A DNA stretch of 64,000 bases from Pseudomonadota bacterium (GCA_031416315.1 JANOTL010000201.1:15685-79684), one strand, 5' to 3'; counted from the stretch's first letter, positions 33,219-43,035 are shown. The notes: generated by a model not told the origin, from the sequence alone. Numbers and translations: made by a program.

Positions 33219-34613
33219 ATGCGTCATTTTCCCGCGTTTCTCGCCCTCGCCCTCGTCCTGCTCTCGGGCGCATGCCGCACGCCCGAAGGCCCCGCGAAGC
33301 TCCGCGCCGAGTTCGGCGACGGCGGCATCCCGGTCGATTGGGGCAATGTCGCCGTCGCCTCGGTTCCGAGCTCTCCCGAAGCTTCGGTCGCCAATGCCGC
33401 CGCGCGCCGCTTGAACCAGGCCGCCACGCTCGCCAAGCTCGTCGACGGTTGGCCGGCGGGCTTCGCGACGCAGGACGCCATCGTCGCCGTGCCGCTCACG
33501 CTCCTCGAGGAGCCGCAAAATCAGCCCTTCGGTGACGGCCAGGCGAACGGCAGCATTGCCTGGCCCGGCTGGCCCGCTGGCGCCGAAGACGTCCCGGTCA
33601 TCGCCTACGCAGCCACCTCGAGCAGCGGGCGCATCCTCGTCGTCGAGGCCGCGCAGGAGCTCATGGACCTCGTGCTCCCCGCGGACGGCGCCGTCACCGT
33701 CGAGCTCGGCGACGAGGCCCACGTCGTTACCGCCGCGATGACCTTCGACGCCGAGCGCAAAGTTTTCCGCACCCTATTCTCCGACGTTGCCGCGCTCGCG
33801 GCGAAAGACGCCTTCCCGACGAGCTTCGCTGCGCTCCCCGATTGGAGCTACGCCGCGCTGATGCCCGACTCTTGGGGCAAGCTCCGCGTCCGTTTCGCCC
33901 GCGGCAGCGCCAAGGACGAGCGCGCCTGGCCCCTCCTCTTCCGTTTCCCCGCCGGCAAGACCGGCGCCATCCTCGCCTCGCTCAGCGAGGACCAACGTAA
34001 ACACAAACATTTGAGCAACGTCGCCTCCTGGCCTTTTACCGCCACCACGACCGCGACCCCCTACGAGCAGCTGAAGACCTGGCAAGCCGCCGCCGGCGAC
34101 TCCGTCGCGCACTTCTACCCGGGCGCCGCCGGTGTCCACCACGAGCACGCCGGCCACATGACCGCCTCCGGCGGCGTCGACACTTTCGTCGTCGAGAAAG
34201 CTGCCGACGCCCCTAAGCTCCAGGTTCTTTACACCTGCTTCGACGGCAGGAACCCCGAGAAGGAGGCCAACTGGGCCGTCCCGTCCGGCGCCGGCTGGCA
34301 CGTCATCGGTGAGAAGCCGAACAACGACTCCGAGCCGCAGACCTACGGCGAGTCCATCGTCCACAACCTCGAGAGCGCCGGAATCTTCGCCGGCTGGGGC
34401 GTCCGCAGTCCGATCGCCCTGACGGGCGAGGCGCCCTTCGGCGCGCGCGACGTCGCCACGTTCCGCGTGCTTCGCCCAGGCGAGACCTTCACCACGGCGC
34501 AAAATCACTTCCACTGGTACGCCATCGACGCGAAAGACCGCGTCTGCGCGACCATCTGGAAGCACTTCTGCCCGCTCACCTCCGATATGAGCCTCGGCTG
34601 CGCGAGCCACTAG
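33219..34613 (+). CDS. Hypothetical lipoprotein (464 aa)
   Basis: The start at MRHFPAFLALALVLLSGAC gives a lipobox. Codon bias looks coding. I do not recognise a family. Confidence 0.6.
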   Translation: MRHFPAFLALALVLLSGACRTPEGPAKLRAEFGDGGIPVDWGNVAVASVPSSPEASVANAAARRLNQAATLAKLVDGWPAGFATQDAIVAVPLTLLEEPQNQPFGDGQANGSIAWPGWPAGAEDVPVIAYAATSSSGRILVVEAAQELMDLVLPADGAVTVELGDEAHVVTAAMTFDAERKVFRTLFSDVAALAAKDAFPTSFAALPDWSYAALMPDSWGKLRVRFARGSAKDERAWPLLFRFPAGKTGAILASLSEDQRKHKHLSNVASWPFTATTTATPYEQLKTWQAAAGDSVAHFYPGAAGVHHEHAGHMTASGGVDTFVVEKAADAPKLQVLYTCFDGRNPEKEANWAVPSGAGWHVIGEKPNNDSEPQTYGESIVHNLESAGIFAGWGVRSPIALTGEAPFGARDVATFRVLRPGETFTTAQNHFHWYAIDAKDRVCATIWKHFCPLTSDMSLGCASH

Positions 34614-34675
34614 CGCTCGCTCCCTCCCCCCTTTTCCTCTATGATTCTCGGGAACCATTCCGCCCCGGGGTCCCG

Positions 34676-35638
34676 ATGCTACGCACCCTTCTCCTAGCCG
34701 CCTTCGCGCTCGCCGCTCCCGCAGCCGCCGCGCAATCCGCCGAGACGCTGATCGACCGCATCGTCGCCGTCTCCGACGGGGTCCCCATCCTCTTCACGGA
34801 CGTCCAGGAGAAGGTCGCCAACGGCCCGCTCGTCGTCGTCTCCGACTACCCCGCCGACGAGCAGTCCCCCGAGTTCGAGCGCGCCCTCCAAGATTCGATC
34901 AACTTCGAGCTCATCATGGCGAAAGCCCGCGAGCTCGAGATCGACGTCCGCGACGACGAGGTCGAGGCCGAGATCACGTCCTTCCTCGAGCGCGGCGGCC
35001 TCAACCGCGAAGGCCTGCAGAAGCACCTGGACAGCCGCGGCATCCGCTTCGAGGACTACCGCAACGACTTCAAGGACCAGATGATCCTCCGCCGCTTCCA
35101 AGGCCGCGTGATCACCCCGCTGGTCAAGATCACCGACAAAGACGTCGAGACTTACTACCTGAAAAAATCGGGCGCGACCTCCGACCTCGTCGAGCTCACG
35201 CTGCGCCAGATCTTGATCCAGGTCACCGCCACCGCCGCCGCCGAGGTCATCGAGGCCAAACGCCGCCTCGCCCAGGAAGTGCACCAAAAGCTCGTGGACG
35301 GCATGCCGTTCGTCGACGCCGTGAAGATCTATTCCGACGACTCCGCCGCGCGCGAAGGCGGCGGCCTGATGAAGGGCATCCGCCTCAAGGACCTGAACGC
35401 GCAGATTCGCGCCGAGGTGGAGAATTTGGACGTCAACCAGTTCACCCCGCCGGTCCGCACCGCGATGGGCTTTCACCTCTTCTACCTCGAAGAGAAGCAG
35501 TTCTCCGGCAGCCAGGAATTCCAAGCCCAGAAAAAGCAGCTCGAGTTCGAGCTGCGCGGCGTCGAGCTCGCGAACCAAACGCGGCGCTGGCTGACGGAGC
35601 AGCGCCAGAAGTCCAAGGTCGAGGTCATCCCGGAATGA
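34676..35638 (+). CDS. SurA-like periplasmic chaperone / parvulin PPIase
   Basis: It has a signal peptide (MLRTLLLAAFALAAPAAAAQS), a SurA-N-like region (IDRIVAVSDGVPILFTDV) and one parvulin domain (LRQILIQV...GGGLMKGIRLKDL...FTPPVRTAMGFHLFYLEEK). Confidence 0.75.
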   Translation: MLRTLLLAAFALAAPAAAAQSAETLIDRIVAVSDGVPILFTDVQEKVANGPLVVVSDYPADEQSPEFERALQDSINFELIMAKARELEIDVRDDEVEAEITSFLERGGLNREGLQKHLDSRGIRFEDYRNDFKDQMILRRFQGRVITPLVKITDKDVETYYLKKSGATSDLVELTLRQILIQVTATAAAEVIEAKRRLAQEVHQKLVDGMPFVDAVKIYSDDSAAREGGGLMKGIRLKDLNAQIRAEVENLDVNQFTPPVRTAMGFHLFYLEEKQFSGSQEFQAQKKQLEFELRGVELANQTRRWLTEQRQKSKVEVIPE

Positions 35639-35650
35639 CGAGCCCCTGGC

Positions 35651-36430
35651 TCACTCGGCCAGGTCCCCGGTCTCGAGATAGAAGCTAGTCAGCGCCTGGA
35701 GCTTCACCGCGAGGTTCGCGCCATTCGGCGTCGTGAGCACTGCTTCATGGTCCGTCCCTTCGGCGAGCGCGTGCTCTGCGTTGTTCTGCACGCCAGAAAA
35801 TGCCACCAAGGATCCGGCTCGAATCGCAACCGCCGTCGCTTCATCCGGGATGCCTTCGGCTAGCCGAATGCTCACCACGTGGTCGAAATCCGGCGCCTTC
35901 TGAATCATGTGCGCCGCGAAGAGCTGATGCGCGTCACCGAACACGATGTAGCGCGATTCGGGCAAGGCACCCGCCATCGGATCGAATTTCTTTTGGAACA
36001 CGACCCGCTTCACATTGACCGTGACGTTGGTCAGAAACGGCGAGCCGCCCCGCTCGAAATGTCCGCGCACCAAGGTCGCCTTGAACGACGTCCTCACGCC
36101 GCTGAAGAGCTCAGGCAGCGAGAGCTTCTCCGGCACCAGCGTGTAGACCTTCTCCCCGGTCACGTGCCGGTCCTCGACGTAAGTCGCTAACGGGTCCGCA
36201 CCCGGCTTGACGAAATCGACCTCGAGCAGGACCTGGTAATCATGCGGCTGGTGAAACATCGGCAGGTGAGAGAGGTACACGGGACCATCGCCGAAAATGA
36301 GCATGCCGTGCGTGCTCGGCTGATCGAGAGCGGCATGGTGCTGCTCCTTGACGCTCGCCACTGGCTCCTCGGTCGTCCTGCAACCTCCCAACCCAACTGC
36401 CAAAACTGCGGTCCAAAGCCAGACTTTCAT
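35651..36430 (-). CDS. Hypothetical lipoprotein
   Basis: MKVWLWTAVLAVGLGGC gives a lipobox. The protein is 259 aa and I do not recognise a family. Confidence 0.6.
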   Translation of the reverse strand: MKVWLWTAVLAVGLGGCRTTEEPVASVKEQHHAALDQPSTHGMLIFGDGPVYLSHLPMFHQPHDYQVLLEVDFVKPGADPLATYVEDRHVTGEKVYTLVPEKLSLPELFSGVRTSFKATLVRGHFERGGSPFLTNVTVNVKRVVFQKKFDPMAGALPESRYIVFGDAHQLFAAHMIQKAPDFDHVVSIRLAEGIPDEATAVAIRAGSLVAFSGVQNNAEHALAEGTDHEAVLTTPNGANLAVKLQALTSFYLETGDLAE

Positions 36431-36570
36431 AGATACGACCCATCTTCTATATGTAGGAACGGGATTCTACCACCGCCCGAGTTATCGGCGGAAATCATCA
36501 ATCGATAAAATCGAATGTTCTGATCGTAGCTCCAAAATAACTAATACCAAGAAACTTCCCGCGAATCCCG

Positions 36571-36599
36571 TTGACACTCCCCCACCCCTGACATATTCA
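36571..36599 (+). promoter_or_regulatory. Candidate sigma-70 promoter of the S10 operon (TTGACA-N17-TATTCA)
   Basis: A perfect -35 hexamer at 36571-36576 is followed by a 17-nt spacer and an imperfect -10 at 36594-36599. This would leave a leader of about 175 nt before rpsJ. Confidence 0.4.
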
Positions 36600-36781
36600 C
36601 GACTCCCTCAGGTAAGCCTGCATCCGTGCATGCCTCTACCGGCCCGCAAGACGCCGTATGGTGTCACACGTGAGTTCTCGTCCAAGAGCGCTCAATCACG
36701 TGATCAAGCCTTCCCTGAGCTTTCTCCAAATACTCCCGTCTATTGCCGAACCGAATTTCCTTTCAAAGGAACTTAGGACCT

Positions 36782-37093
36782 ATGGAAAGCCAGAAGATCC
36801 GCATCCGTCTGCGTGGGTACGATTACCGACTGCTCGATCAATCGGCAGCCGACATCGTCGAGCGCGCGAAACGTACGGGCGCCCGCGTCGCCGGTCCGAT
36901 TCCGCTGCCCACCGCCATCAACCGCTACACGGTTCTGCGCAGCCCCCACGTCGACAAGAAATCGCGCGAGCAGTTCGAGGTTCGGACCCACAAACGGGTG
37001 ATCGACATTCTCGAGCCGAAACAGCAGACGATCGACGCGTTGATGAAGCTGGACCTCGCGTCCGGCGTCGACGTCGAAATCAAGCTGTACTGA
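36782..37093 (+). CDS. rpsJ: 30S ribosomal protein S10
   Basis: [44 protein letters not shown]... It is the first gene of the conserved S10 cluster. Confidence 0.97.
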   Translation: MESQKIRIRLRGYDYRLLDQSAADIVERAKRTGARVAGPIPLPTAINRYTVLRSPHVDKKSREQFEVRTHKRVIDILEPKQQTIDALMKLDLASGVDVEIKLY

Positions 37094-37143
37094 ACTCTGC
37101 GCAACTCCTCCGGACCTAAACCAGAAAGCGACAGGTTGCACGT

Positions 37144-37812
37144 ATGACGACAACCGCAATCATTGCCAAGAAGATCGGTATGACCCGCATGGTCGACGCC
37201 GAAGGCCGTGTTACGGCCGTTACCCTGCTCGAAGTCACGACCCAAAAGGTCACGAAGATCCTCACGCCCGAGCGTGACGGCTATCACGGCTTCCAGGTCG
37301 GCTATTACGAGAAATCCGAGAAGCACCTGCGTAAGCCGGACATGAGCCGTCTGCGCAAAGTCGAAGTTCAAGAGAACTTCACCCGCTTCAAAGAATTCCG
37401 CCTCGACGGCGCCGCCACGGTCGCCCTCGGCGCTGCGATCGAAGTCGGCCTCTTCGAAGGCGTCAAAGCCGTCGACGTGACCGGCATCAGCAAGGGCCAC
37501 GGCTTCGCCGGCGCCCACGTCCGCTGGAACTCGGCCGTCGGCCGGATGTCCCACGGCTCGCGCTTCCACCGCAGCCCGGGCTCGCTCGGCATGCGCGCCA
37601 CCCCTGGTCGCGTCATGAAGAACCGCCACCAGCCGGGTCACCACGGCGCGGCGCAAGTCACCGTGCAGAACCTCGACGTCCTCGACATCGACAAAGAAAA
37701 CCACGTCATCGCCCTGCGCGGCTCGATCCCGGGCCATCGCGACGGTTATCTGATCTTGAAGCCCTCGATTAAGATCAAGACCAAAAAAGGCCCCCCGGGC
37801 ATCAAGAAGTAA
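37144..37812 (+). CDS. rplC: 50S ribosomal protein L3
   Basis: [26 protein letters not shown] and [12 protein letters not shown]-type motifs are present, and the gene order fits. Confidence 0.97.
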   Translation: MTTTAIIAKKIGMTRMVDAEGRVTAVTLLEVTTQKVTKILTPERDGYHGFQVGYYEKSEKHLRKPDMSRLRKVEVQENFTRFKEFRLDGAATVALGAAIEVGLFEGVKAVDVTGISKGHGFAGAHVRWNSAVGRMSHGSRFHRSPGSLGMRATPGRVMKNRHQPGHHGAAQVTVQNLDVLDIDKENHVIALRGSIPGHRDGYLILKPSIKIKTKKGPPGIKK

Positions 37813-37869
37813 GCTGCGCGGCGCACTGATCACGGGCTTGAACGAAGGTTCCCAAAGAAGGTCTTCAAC

Positions 37870-38496
37870 ATGGAACTCCAGGTTTACAACATCGAGGGCA
37901 AAGCCCTCCGCAAGATTACGGTGCCGGAGTCTATCTACGGCGTCGAGATGAACGGCGGCATCCTGCACACCGTCGTCAAGGCTTACCTGGCGAACCGTCG
38001 CCAAGGCACGCACGCCACGAAGACCAAGTCCTTCGTCTCCGGCGGCGGCAAGAAGCCCTTCAAGCAAAAGGGCACCGGCGGCGCCCGCCAGGGCTCGACG
38101 CGCAACCCGCACATGCCCGGCGGCGGTGAAGCCCACGGCCCGCAACCGCGCGACTACCGCCAAGCCACGAACAAGAAGATGCGCCAGCTCGCGCTGAAAG
38201 TCGCTCTCTCGGACAAGGCCCGCCACGGCAAGCTCTTCGTCGTCGACGACTTCGGCATCGCCAAGCCCTCGACCAAGCACGTCATCAAAGTCATCGCCAG
38301 CCTGAAGGCCAACAAGGCCCTCCTCGCCGACGAGCGCAAGGACGACCTGCTCTACAAGTCGACCCGCAACATCCACGGCGCCGAGGCGCTTCTGCCGGCC
38401 GAGCTCAACGCAGAGAACGTTCTGCGCTACGAGAGCCTGATCGTCAGCGAAACCGCCCTCAACGCCCTCAAGCAACGCCTGGAGGGAGCTGAATGA
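37870..38496 (+). CDS. rplD: 50S ribosomal protein L4
   Basis: [29 protein letters not shown] is present, and the gene order fits. Confidence 0.97.
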   Translation: MELQVYNIEGKALRKITVPESIYGVEMNGGILHTVVKAYLANRRQGTHATKTKSFVSGGGKKPFKQKGTGGARQGSTRNPHMPGGGEAHGPQPRDYRQATNKKMRQLALKVALSDKARHGKLFVVDDFGIAKPSTKHVIKVIASLKANKALLADERKDDLLYKSTRNIHGAEALLPAELNAENVLRYESLIVSETALNALKQRLEGAE

Positions 38497-38780
38497 ATCC
38501 GTACAACGTCCTCGTTCGCCCCCTGCTCTCTGAAAAGAGCAACCGGGCCCGCGAAAACGAAAACAAGTACTCGTTCACGATCCGTCCCGACGCGACCAAA
38601 GCCGACGTGAAATCGGCCGTCGAGAAGATGTTCGACGTCAAGGTCGAGTGCGTGAAGACGATGGTCACCCGCGGCAAGATCAAGCGCCGCGGCAACACCG
38701 AATACAAAGCTCCGAACGTCAAAAAAGCTGTCGTGACCTTGGCCGAAGGCGCCAAAATCCCGCTGTTCGAGGACCTCTGA
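38493..38780 (+). CDS. rplW: 50S ribosomal protein L23
   Basis: [41 protein letters not shown]. Its start makes an ATGA overlap with rplD. Confidence 0.96.
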   Translation: MNPYNVLVRPLLSEKSNRARENENKYSFTIRPDATKADVKSAVEKMFDVKVECVKTMVTRGKIKRRGNTEYKAPNVKKAVVTLAEGAKIPLFEDL

Positions 38781-38781
38781 G

Positions 38782-39618
38782 ATGCCAGTCAAGCAGTATA
38801 AGCCGACGTCCCCTGCCCGCCGTGCAATGTCCGTCGTCGACTATAGCGACCTGGACAAGGTCAAGCCGCCGCGCGCGCTGATCAAGGCCAAGCAAGAGCA
38901 TGCCGGTCGTAACAACACCGGTCGCATCTCGGTCCGCCACCAAGGCGGCGGCGTGCGCCAGAAGTACCGCATGATCGACTGGAAACGCGACAAGCGCGAC
39001 ATTCCGGGCAAGGTCGAGACGATCGAATACGATCCGAACCGTACCGCGTTCATCGCGCTCGTGCTCTACGCCGACGGCGAGCGCCGTTACATGCTCGCTC
39101 CAGACAAGCTGGTCAGAGGCCAGGAAGTCATCGCCGGCTCGAAAGTCGACATCAAAGTCGGCAACGCCATGCCCCTGAGCTCGGTGCCGTACGGCGTCGA
39201 CCTCCACAACGTCGAGATGAACATCGGCCGCGGCGCGCAGCTCGTGCGCTCCGCCGGTGGATTCTGCCAGCTCGTCGGCCGCGCCGACGGTTGGGCCCAG
39301 CTGAAGCTGCCCTCGGGCGAGTTCCGCCGCGTCCCCGAGAGCTGCTACGCGACGGTCGGCAAGGTCTCCAACGGTGACCACGCCAACGTCAAGATCGGCT
39401 CCGCCGGTCGCGCCCGTCACATGGGCACCCGCCCGACGGTCCGCGGCGTCGTGATGAACCCCGTCGATCACCCGCACGGTGGTGGTGAAGGCAAGACCTC
39501 GGGTGGCCGCCATCCTTGCTCGCCTTGGGCCGTTCCGACCAAGGGCTATAAGACCCGGAAGAACAAGCGCACCGACAAGGACATCATCCGTCGTCGCGCG
39601 AACAAGAAAAGCACTTAA
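38782..39618 (+). CDS. rplB: 50S ribosomal protein L2
   Basis: MPVKQYKPTSPARR...GRNNTGRISVRHQGGG...RGVVMNPVDHPHGGGEG. Confidence 0.98.
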   Translation: MPVKQYKPTSPARRAMSVVDYSDLDKVKPPRALIKAKQEHAGRNNTGRISVRHQGGGVRQKYRMIDWKRDKRDIPGKVETIEYDPNRTAFIALVLYADGERRYMLAPDKLVRGQEVIAGSKVDIKVGNAMPLSSVPYGVDLHNVEMNIGRGAQLVRSAGGFCQLVGRADGWAQLKLPSGEFRRVPESCYATVGKVSNGDHANVKIGSAGRARHMGTRPTVRGVVMNPVDHPHGGGEGKTSGGRHPCSPWAVPTKGYKTRKNKRTDKDIIRRRANKKST

Positions 39619-39649
39619 TTCATAGTTCGATATCTATAGGGAGTCGCCT

Positions 39650-39934
39650 GTGGCTCGTTCGATCAAAAAAGGTCCGTTCCTCGACCAATACCTGCTCAAA
39701 AAAGCAGAAGTGGCGCGTCAGGACAAAAAACCGATCAAAACCTGGTCCCGTCGCTCGACGATCATCCCGGACTTTGTCGGCTTGACCTTCGCAGTGCACA
39801 ATGGCAAGAAGTTCGTTCCTGTTTACGTGACAGAAAATATGGTCGGCCACAAACTTGGCGAGTTCTCCCCGACGCGTACCTTCTTGGGGCACGCCGGTGA
39901 TCGCAAAGTCAAAAAAGCACCGGGCGCCGCCTAA
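39650..39934 (+). CDS. rpsS: 30S ribosomal protein S19
   Basis: [18 protein letters not shown]...[33 protein letters not shown]. The start codon is GTG. Confidence 0.97.
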   Translation: MARSIKKGPFLDQYLLKKAEVARQDKKPIKTWSRRSTIIPDFVGLTFAVHNGKKFVPVYVTENMVGHKLGEFSPTRTFLGHAGDRKVKKAPGAA

Positions 39935-39957
39935 GTTGAAAGAGTCGGAGACCAGCC

Positions 39958-40296
39958 ATGTCTGAGGCTTCTCGAGCAGTATTGCGAAATCTGAGGGTTG
40001 CGCCGCGCAAGATGCGGCTCGTTGTCGAATTGGTCAAGGGTAAGCCCGTCCAATACGCCCTCGACCTTCTCAAAGTGACCAACAAGCGGGGCGCGCCGAT
40101 CATTGCCAAAATGATCACCTCGGCGATCGCCAACGCGAAAGAGAAGTCGACCGTCGACGTCGACCGCCTCATCGTGGCGGAAGGCTTCGTCGACGGCGGG
40201 ACCTCTTTCAAGCGCTGGCTACCGCGTGCGCAAGGTCGTGCGACTCCGCTGTTGAAGCGGACCTCGCACGTGACGATCAAACTCAAAGAAGTTTAA
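39958..40296 (+). CDS. rplV: 50S ribosomal protein L22
   Basis: LRNLRVAPRKMRLVVELVKGKPVQYALDLL...RAQGRATPLLKRTSHVTI. Confidence 0.97.
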   Translation: MSEASRAVLRNLRVAPRKMRLVVELVKGKPVQYALDLLKVTNKRGAPIIAKMITSAIANAKEKSTVDVDRLIVAEGFVDGGTSFKRWLPRAQGRATPLLKRTSHVTIKLKEV

Positions 40297-40321
40297 TTCT
40301 TCGTAGAGCAGGGGTGAGACC

Positions 40322-40969
40322 TTGGGACAGAAAGTAAATCCGATCGGCTTCCGTCTGGGCACGACCCGCACGTGGTCCTCGCGCTGGTTCGCCGGCAAGC
40401 GTGACTACGCGGCGTATCTCCAAGAAGACGTCCGCATCCGGAAGTACATCTCGAAGAAGTTCGACGCCGCCGGGGTCTCCAAAGTGGAGATCGAGCGCGC
40501 CGCGAAGAACCTCACGGTGAACATCCATTCGAGCCGTCCCGGCATCATCATCGGCAAAAAAGGCGCCGGCGCCGAGACGCTCAAAGAAGAGCTGGTCAAG
40601 ATCTGCAAGATCAAGTCGGGCGAGCCGGTCCTCAACGTCTTCGAGATCAAGAAGCCGGATCAAGAAGGCAAACTCATCGCCGACTCGATCAAGCAGCAGC
40701 TCGAGCGTCGGGTTTCCTTCCGCCGCGCGATGAAGAAAGCCATCAGCCAGACGATCAAAGCTGGCGCCAAAGGCGTCAAGATCCAGTGCTCGGGTCGTCT
40801 CGGCGGCGCCGATATGACTCGTACCGAGCGCTACATGGAAGGCCGCGTGCCGCTCCACACTCTCCGTGCCGACATCGACTACGCGACCTCCGAAGCCTTG
40901 ACGACCTACGGTCTCATCGGAATCCGCGTTTGGGTGTTCAAGGGTGAAGTGTTCGAGCGCGTGAACTGA
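40322..40969 (+). CDS. rpsC: 30S ribosomal protein S3
   Basis: MGQKVNPIGFRLGTTRTWSSRWFA... contains the KH domain. The start codon is TTG. Confidence 0.97.
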   Translation: MGQKVNPIGFRLGTTRTWSSRWFAGKRDYAAYLQEDVRIRKYISKKFDAAGVSKVEIERAAKNLTVNIHSSRPGIIIGKKGAGAETLKEELVKICKIKSGEPVLNVFEIKKPDQEGKLIADSIKQQLERRVSFRRAMKKAISQTIKAGAKGVKIQCSGRLGGADMTRTERYMEGRVPLHTLRADIDYATSEALTTYGLIGIRVWVFKGEVFERVN

Positions 40970-40980
40970 GGAGCTGAGTC

Positions 40981-41403
40981 ATGCTTTCCCCTAAAAAGAT
41001 GAAATATCGCAAGGGCATGAAGGGCCGCATCAGTGGCCTTGCGAAAAAAGGCAGCACCCTCACCGGCGGCGAGTTCGGGATCATGGCCGCGGAATGCGGT
41101 CGGATCACGGCGCGCCAGATCGAAGCCGCCCGTGTCGCCATGACCCGTCATATCAAGCGCGGCGGTCAGGTCGTCATCCGTTGCTTCCCGCATTGGCCGG
41201 TCTCCAAGAAGCCGCTCGAAGTTCGAATGGGCGCCGGCAAAGGCTCCGTCGACCATTACGAAGCGCGCCTGCGCGCCGGCCACATCATCTACGAGATGAC
41301 GGGCGTGGACAAAGAAACGGCGAAACAAGCGCTCACGCTCGCCGCTTCCAAGCTTCCGATCAAGACGAAGCTGATCATGAAAGGCACGGACCCCTGGGTC
41401 TGA
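40981..41403 (+). CDS. rplP: 50S ribosomal protein L16
   Basis: MLSPKKMKYRKGMKGRISG...ITARQIEAARVAMTRHIKRGG. Confidence 0.97.
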   Translation: MLSPKKMKYRKGMKGRISGLAKKGSTLTGGEFGIMAAECGRITARQIEAARVAMTRHIKRGGQVVIRCFPHWPVSKKPLEVRMGAGKGSVDHYEARLRAGHIIYEMTGVDKETAKQALTLAASKLPIKTKLIMKGTDPWV

Positions 41404-41418
41404 TGAAAAGGTTCAAGC

Positions 41419-41805
41419 ATGGAACTCCATAAGAGCAACACCGAAGACCTTCGGAAATTCGAGTCGGGCAAACTCCGTGAGACTGCGACGGAAGTGCTCA
41501 AAGAGCTCGCGAAGATCCGCATGGACATCTACACCGCCCGGAACCTGCACATCGGCAAGATCCGCGGCCTGAAGAAGACCCTCGCGCGCGTCCTGACGAT
41601 CCAGGCGGAAAAGCTGAAGGCCGAAGGCCCGAAGCCGAAAGTCGCGAAGGCAGCTCCGGCCGCGAAAGCGCCCAAAGCCGCCAAAGCCCCGAAGGCCGAC
41701 GCCGCCCCGAAAGCGGACAAAGCGAAGGCCGCCAAGCCCGCCGCTGCCGCCCCGAAGGCCGCGAAAGCCGACAAGAAGCCGACCAAAGCGAAGACCAAGG
41801 CCTGA
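41419..41805 (+). CDS. rpmC: 50S ribosomal protein L29 with a K/A/P-rich C-terminal extension
   Basis: The L29 core covers the first ~63 aa (LRETATEVLKELAKIRMDIYTARNLHIGKIRGLKKTLARVLT). About 65 aa of AKP-rich tail follow. The position between rplP and rpsQ fits. Confidence 0.9.
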   Translation: MELHKSNTEDLRKFESGKLRETATEVLKELAKIRMDIYTARNLHIGKIRGLKKTLARVLTIQAEKLKAEGPKPKVAKAAPAAKAPKAAKAPKADAAPKADKAKAAKPAAAAPKAAKADKKPTKAKTKA

Positions 41806-41815
41806 GGAATAAAGC

Positions 41816-42085
41816 GTGAGCCACCAAACTACCGTCAAAAAGACCCGGCCGATCCGCTGCACCGTCACGAGCGACAAGATGGACAAGTCGCGTGTCGGTA
41901 TGGTCGAGCGCCTCGTGAAGCACCCGCGCTACGGCAAGGTCCGTAAGCGCCGCACGAAGATCATGTTCCACGACGAAGGGAACACCACCCACCTGGGTGA
42001 CATCGTGCTGATCGAGCCTTCGCGCCCGATGAGCGCCCGTAAGAAGTACAAGCTGCTGCAGCTCGTCCTGAAGGCGAAGGAATAA
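41816..42085 (+). CDS. rpsQ: 30S ribosomal protein S17
   Basis: [43 protein letters not shown]. The start codon is GTG. Confidence 0.96.
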   Translation: MSHQTTVKKTRPIRCTVTSDKMDKSRVGMVERLVKHPRYGKVRKRRTKIMFHDEGNTTHLGDIVLIEPSRPMSARKKYKLLQLVLKAKE

Positions 42086-42090
42086 TAGCG

Positions 42091-42462
42091 ATGATTCAGA
42101 TGGAAACGGTGCTAACGAGCGCCGACAACTCGGGCGCTCGTCGCGTCAAGTGCTTCAAGGTCATCGGCGGTAGCAAGAAGCGCTACGCGTCCGTCGGCGA
42201 CATCATCGTCGTCGCGATCAAAGAAGCGCATGCGAACAGCAAAGTGAAGAAGGGCACCGTCCACAAGGCGGTCGTCGTTCGCACTGCGAAGGACATCCAG
42301 CGCGAAGACGGCTCGGTGATCCGGTTCGACGAGAACGCCTGCGTTCTGATCAAGGGCAAAGAGAATGAGCCGGTCGGCACCCGTATCTTCGGGCCGGTCG
42401 CGCGTGAAGTCCGCAACAAAGGTTTCGTCCGGATCGCCTCGTTGGCGCCGGAAGTGCTCTAA
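42091..42462 (+). CDS. rplN: 50S ribosomal protein L14
   Basis: [46 protein letters not shown]... Confidence 0.98.
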   Translation: MIQMETVLTSADNSGARRVKCFKVIGGSKKRYASVGDIIVVAIKEAHANSKVKKGTVHKAVVVRTAKDIQREDGSVIRFDENACVLIKGKENEPVGTRIFGPVAREVRNKGFVRIASLAPEVL

Positions 42463-42473
42463 GGGAGTCGTCC

Positions 42474-43025
42474 GTGACGAAGTACGTACCAACACTGAAA
42501 AAGACCTATCTGGCGAGCGTCAAAGGCATCGGCACGGATCTCGGCATCACCAACGTGATGAAGATTCCGAAGCTGACCAAGATCGTCGTCAACATCGGCC
42601 AAGGCGATGCCACCCAGAACATCAAAATTCTGGAAGGCGCCGTCACCGATTTGACCGCGATCACGGGGCAAAGGCCGGTCATGACGCGCTCCAAGAAATC
42701 CATCGCGTCGTTCAAGCTGCGCCAAGGCCAGCCCATCGGCACGTGCGTGACCCTCCGTGGCGACCGCATGTATGAGTTCCTGGATCGCTTCATCAACATC
42801 GCCGTCCCCCGCATCCGCGACTTTCGCGGCTTGTCGGCCAAGGGTTTCGATGGTCGCGGCAACTACAACTGCGGCGTGAAAGAGCAGATCATCTTCCCCG
42901 AGATCGACTACGACAAGGTCGACAAGGTCCGGGGCATGGGCATCACCATCTGCACGACGGCCGAAACGGACGTCGAGGCGAAGGCGCTGCTCGACAAATT
43001 CAACTTTCCGTTCCGCAAGAACTAA
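42474..43025 (+). CDS. rplE: 50S ribosomal protein L5
   Basis: [20 protein letters not shown]...[27 protein letters not shown]. The GTG start lies 11 nt after the rplN stop, with no rplX between them. Confidence 0.97.
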   Translation: MTKYVPTLKKTYLASVKGIGTDLGITNVMKIPKLTKIVVNIGQGDATQNIKILEGAVTDLTAITGQRPVMTRSKKSIASFKLRQGQPIGTCVTLRGDRMYEFLDRFINIAVPRIRDFRGLSAKGFDGRGNYNCGVKEQIIFPEIDYDKVDKVRGMGITICTTAETDVEAKALLDKFNFPFRKN

Positions 43026-43035
43026 GGAAGACGGC

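Noticed and set aside
36348-37119. ORFs 36348..36776 (142 aa) and 36658..37119 (153 aa) in the S10 leader and rpsJ region.
   Set aside because: They lie in the lowest-GC, promoter-like part of the window or off-frame over rpsJ. Their codon usage is unlike that of genes in this window.
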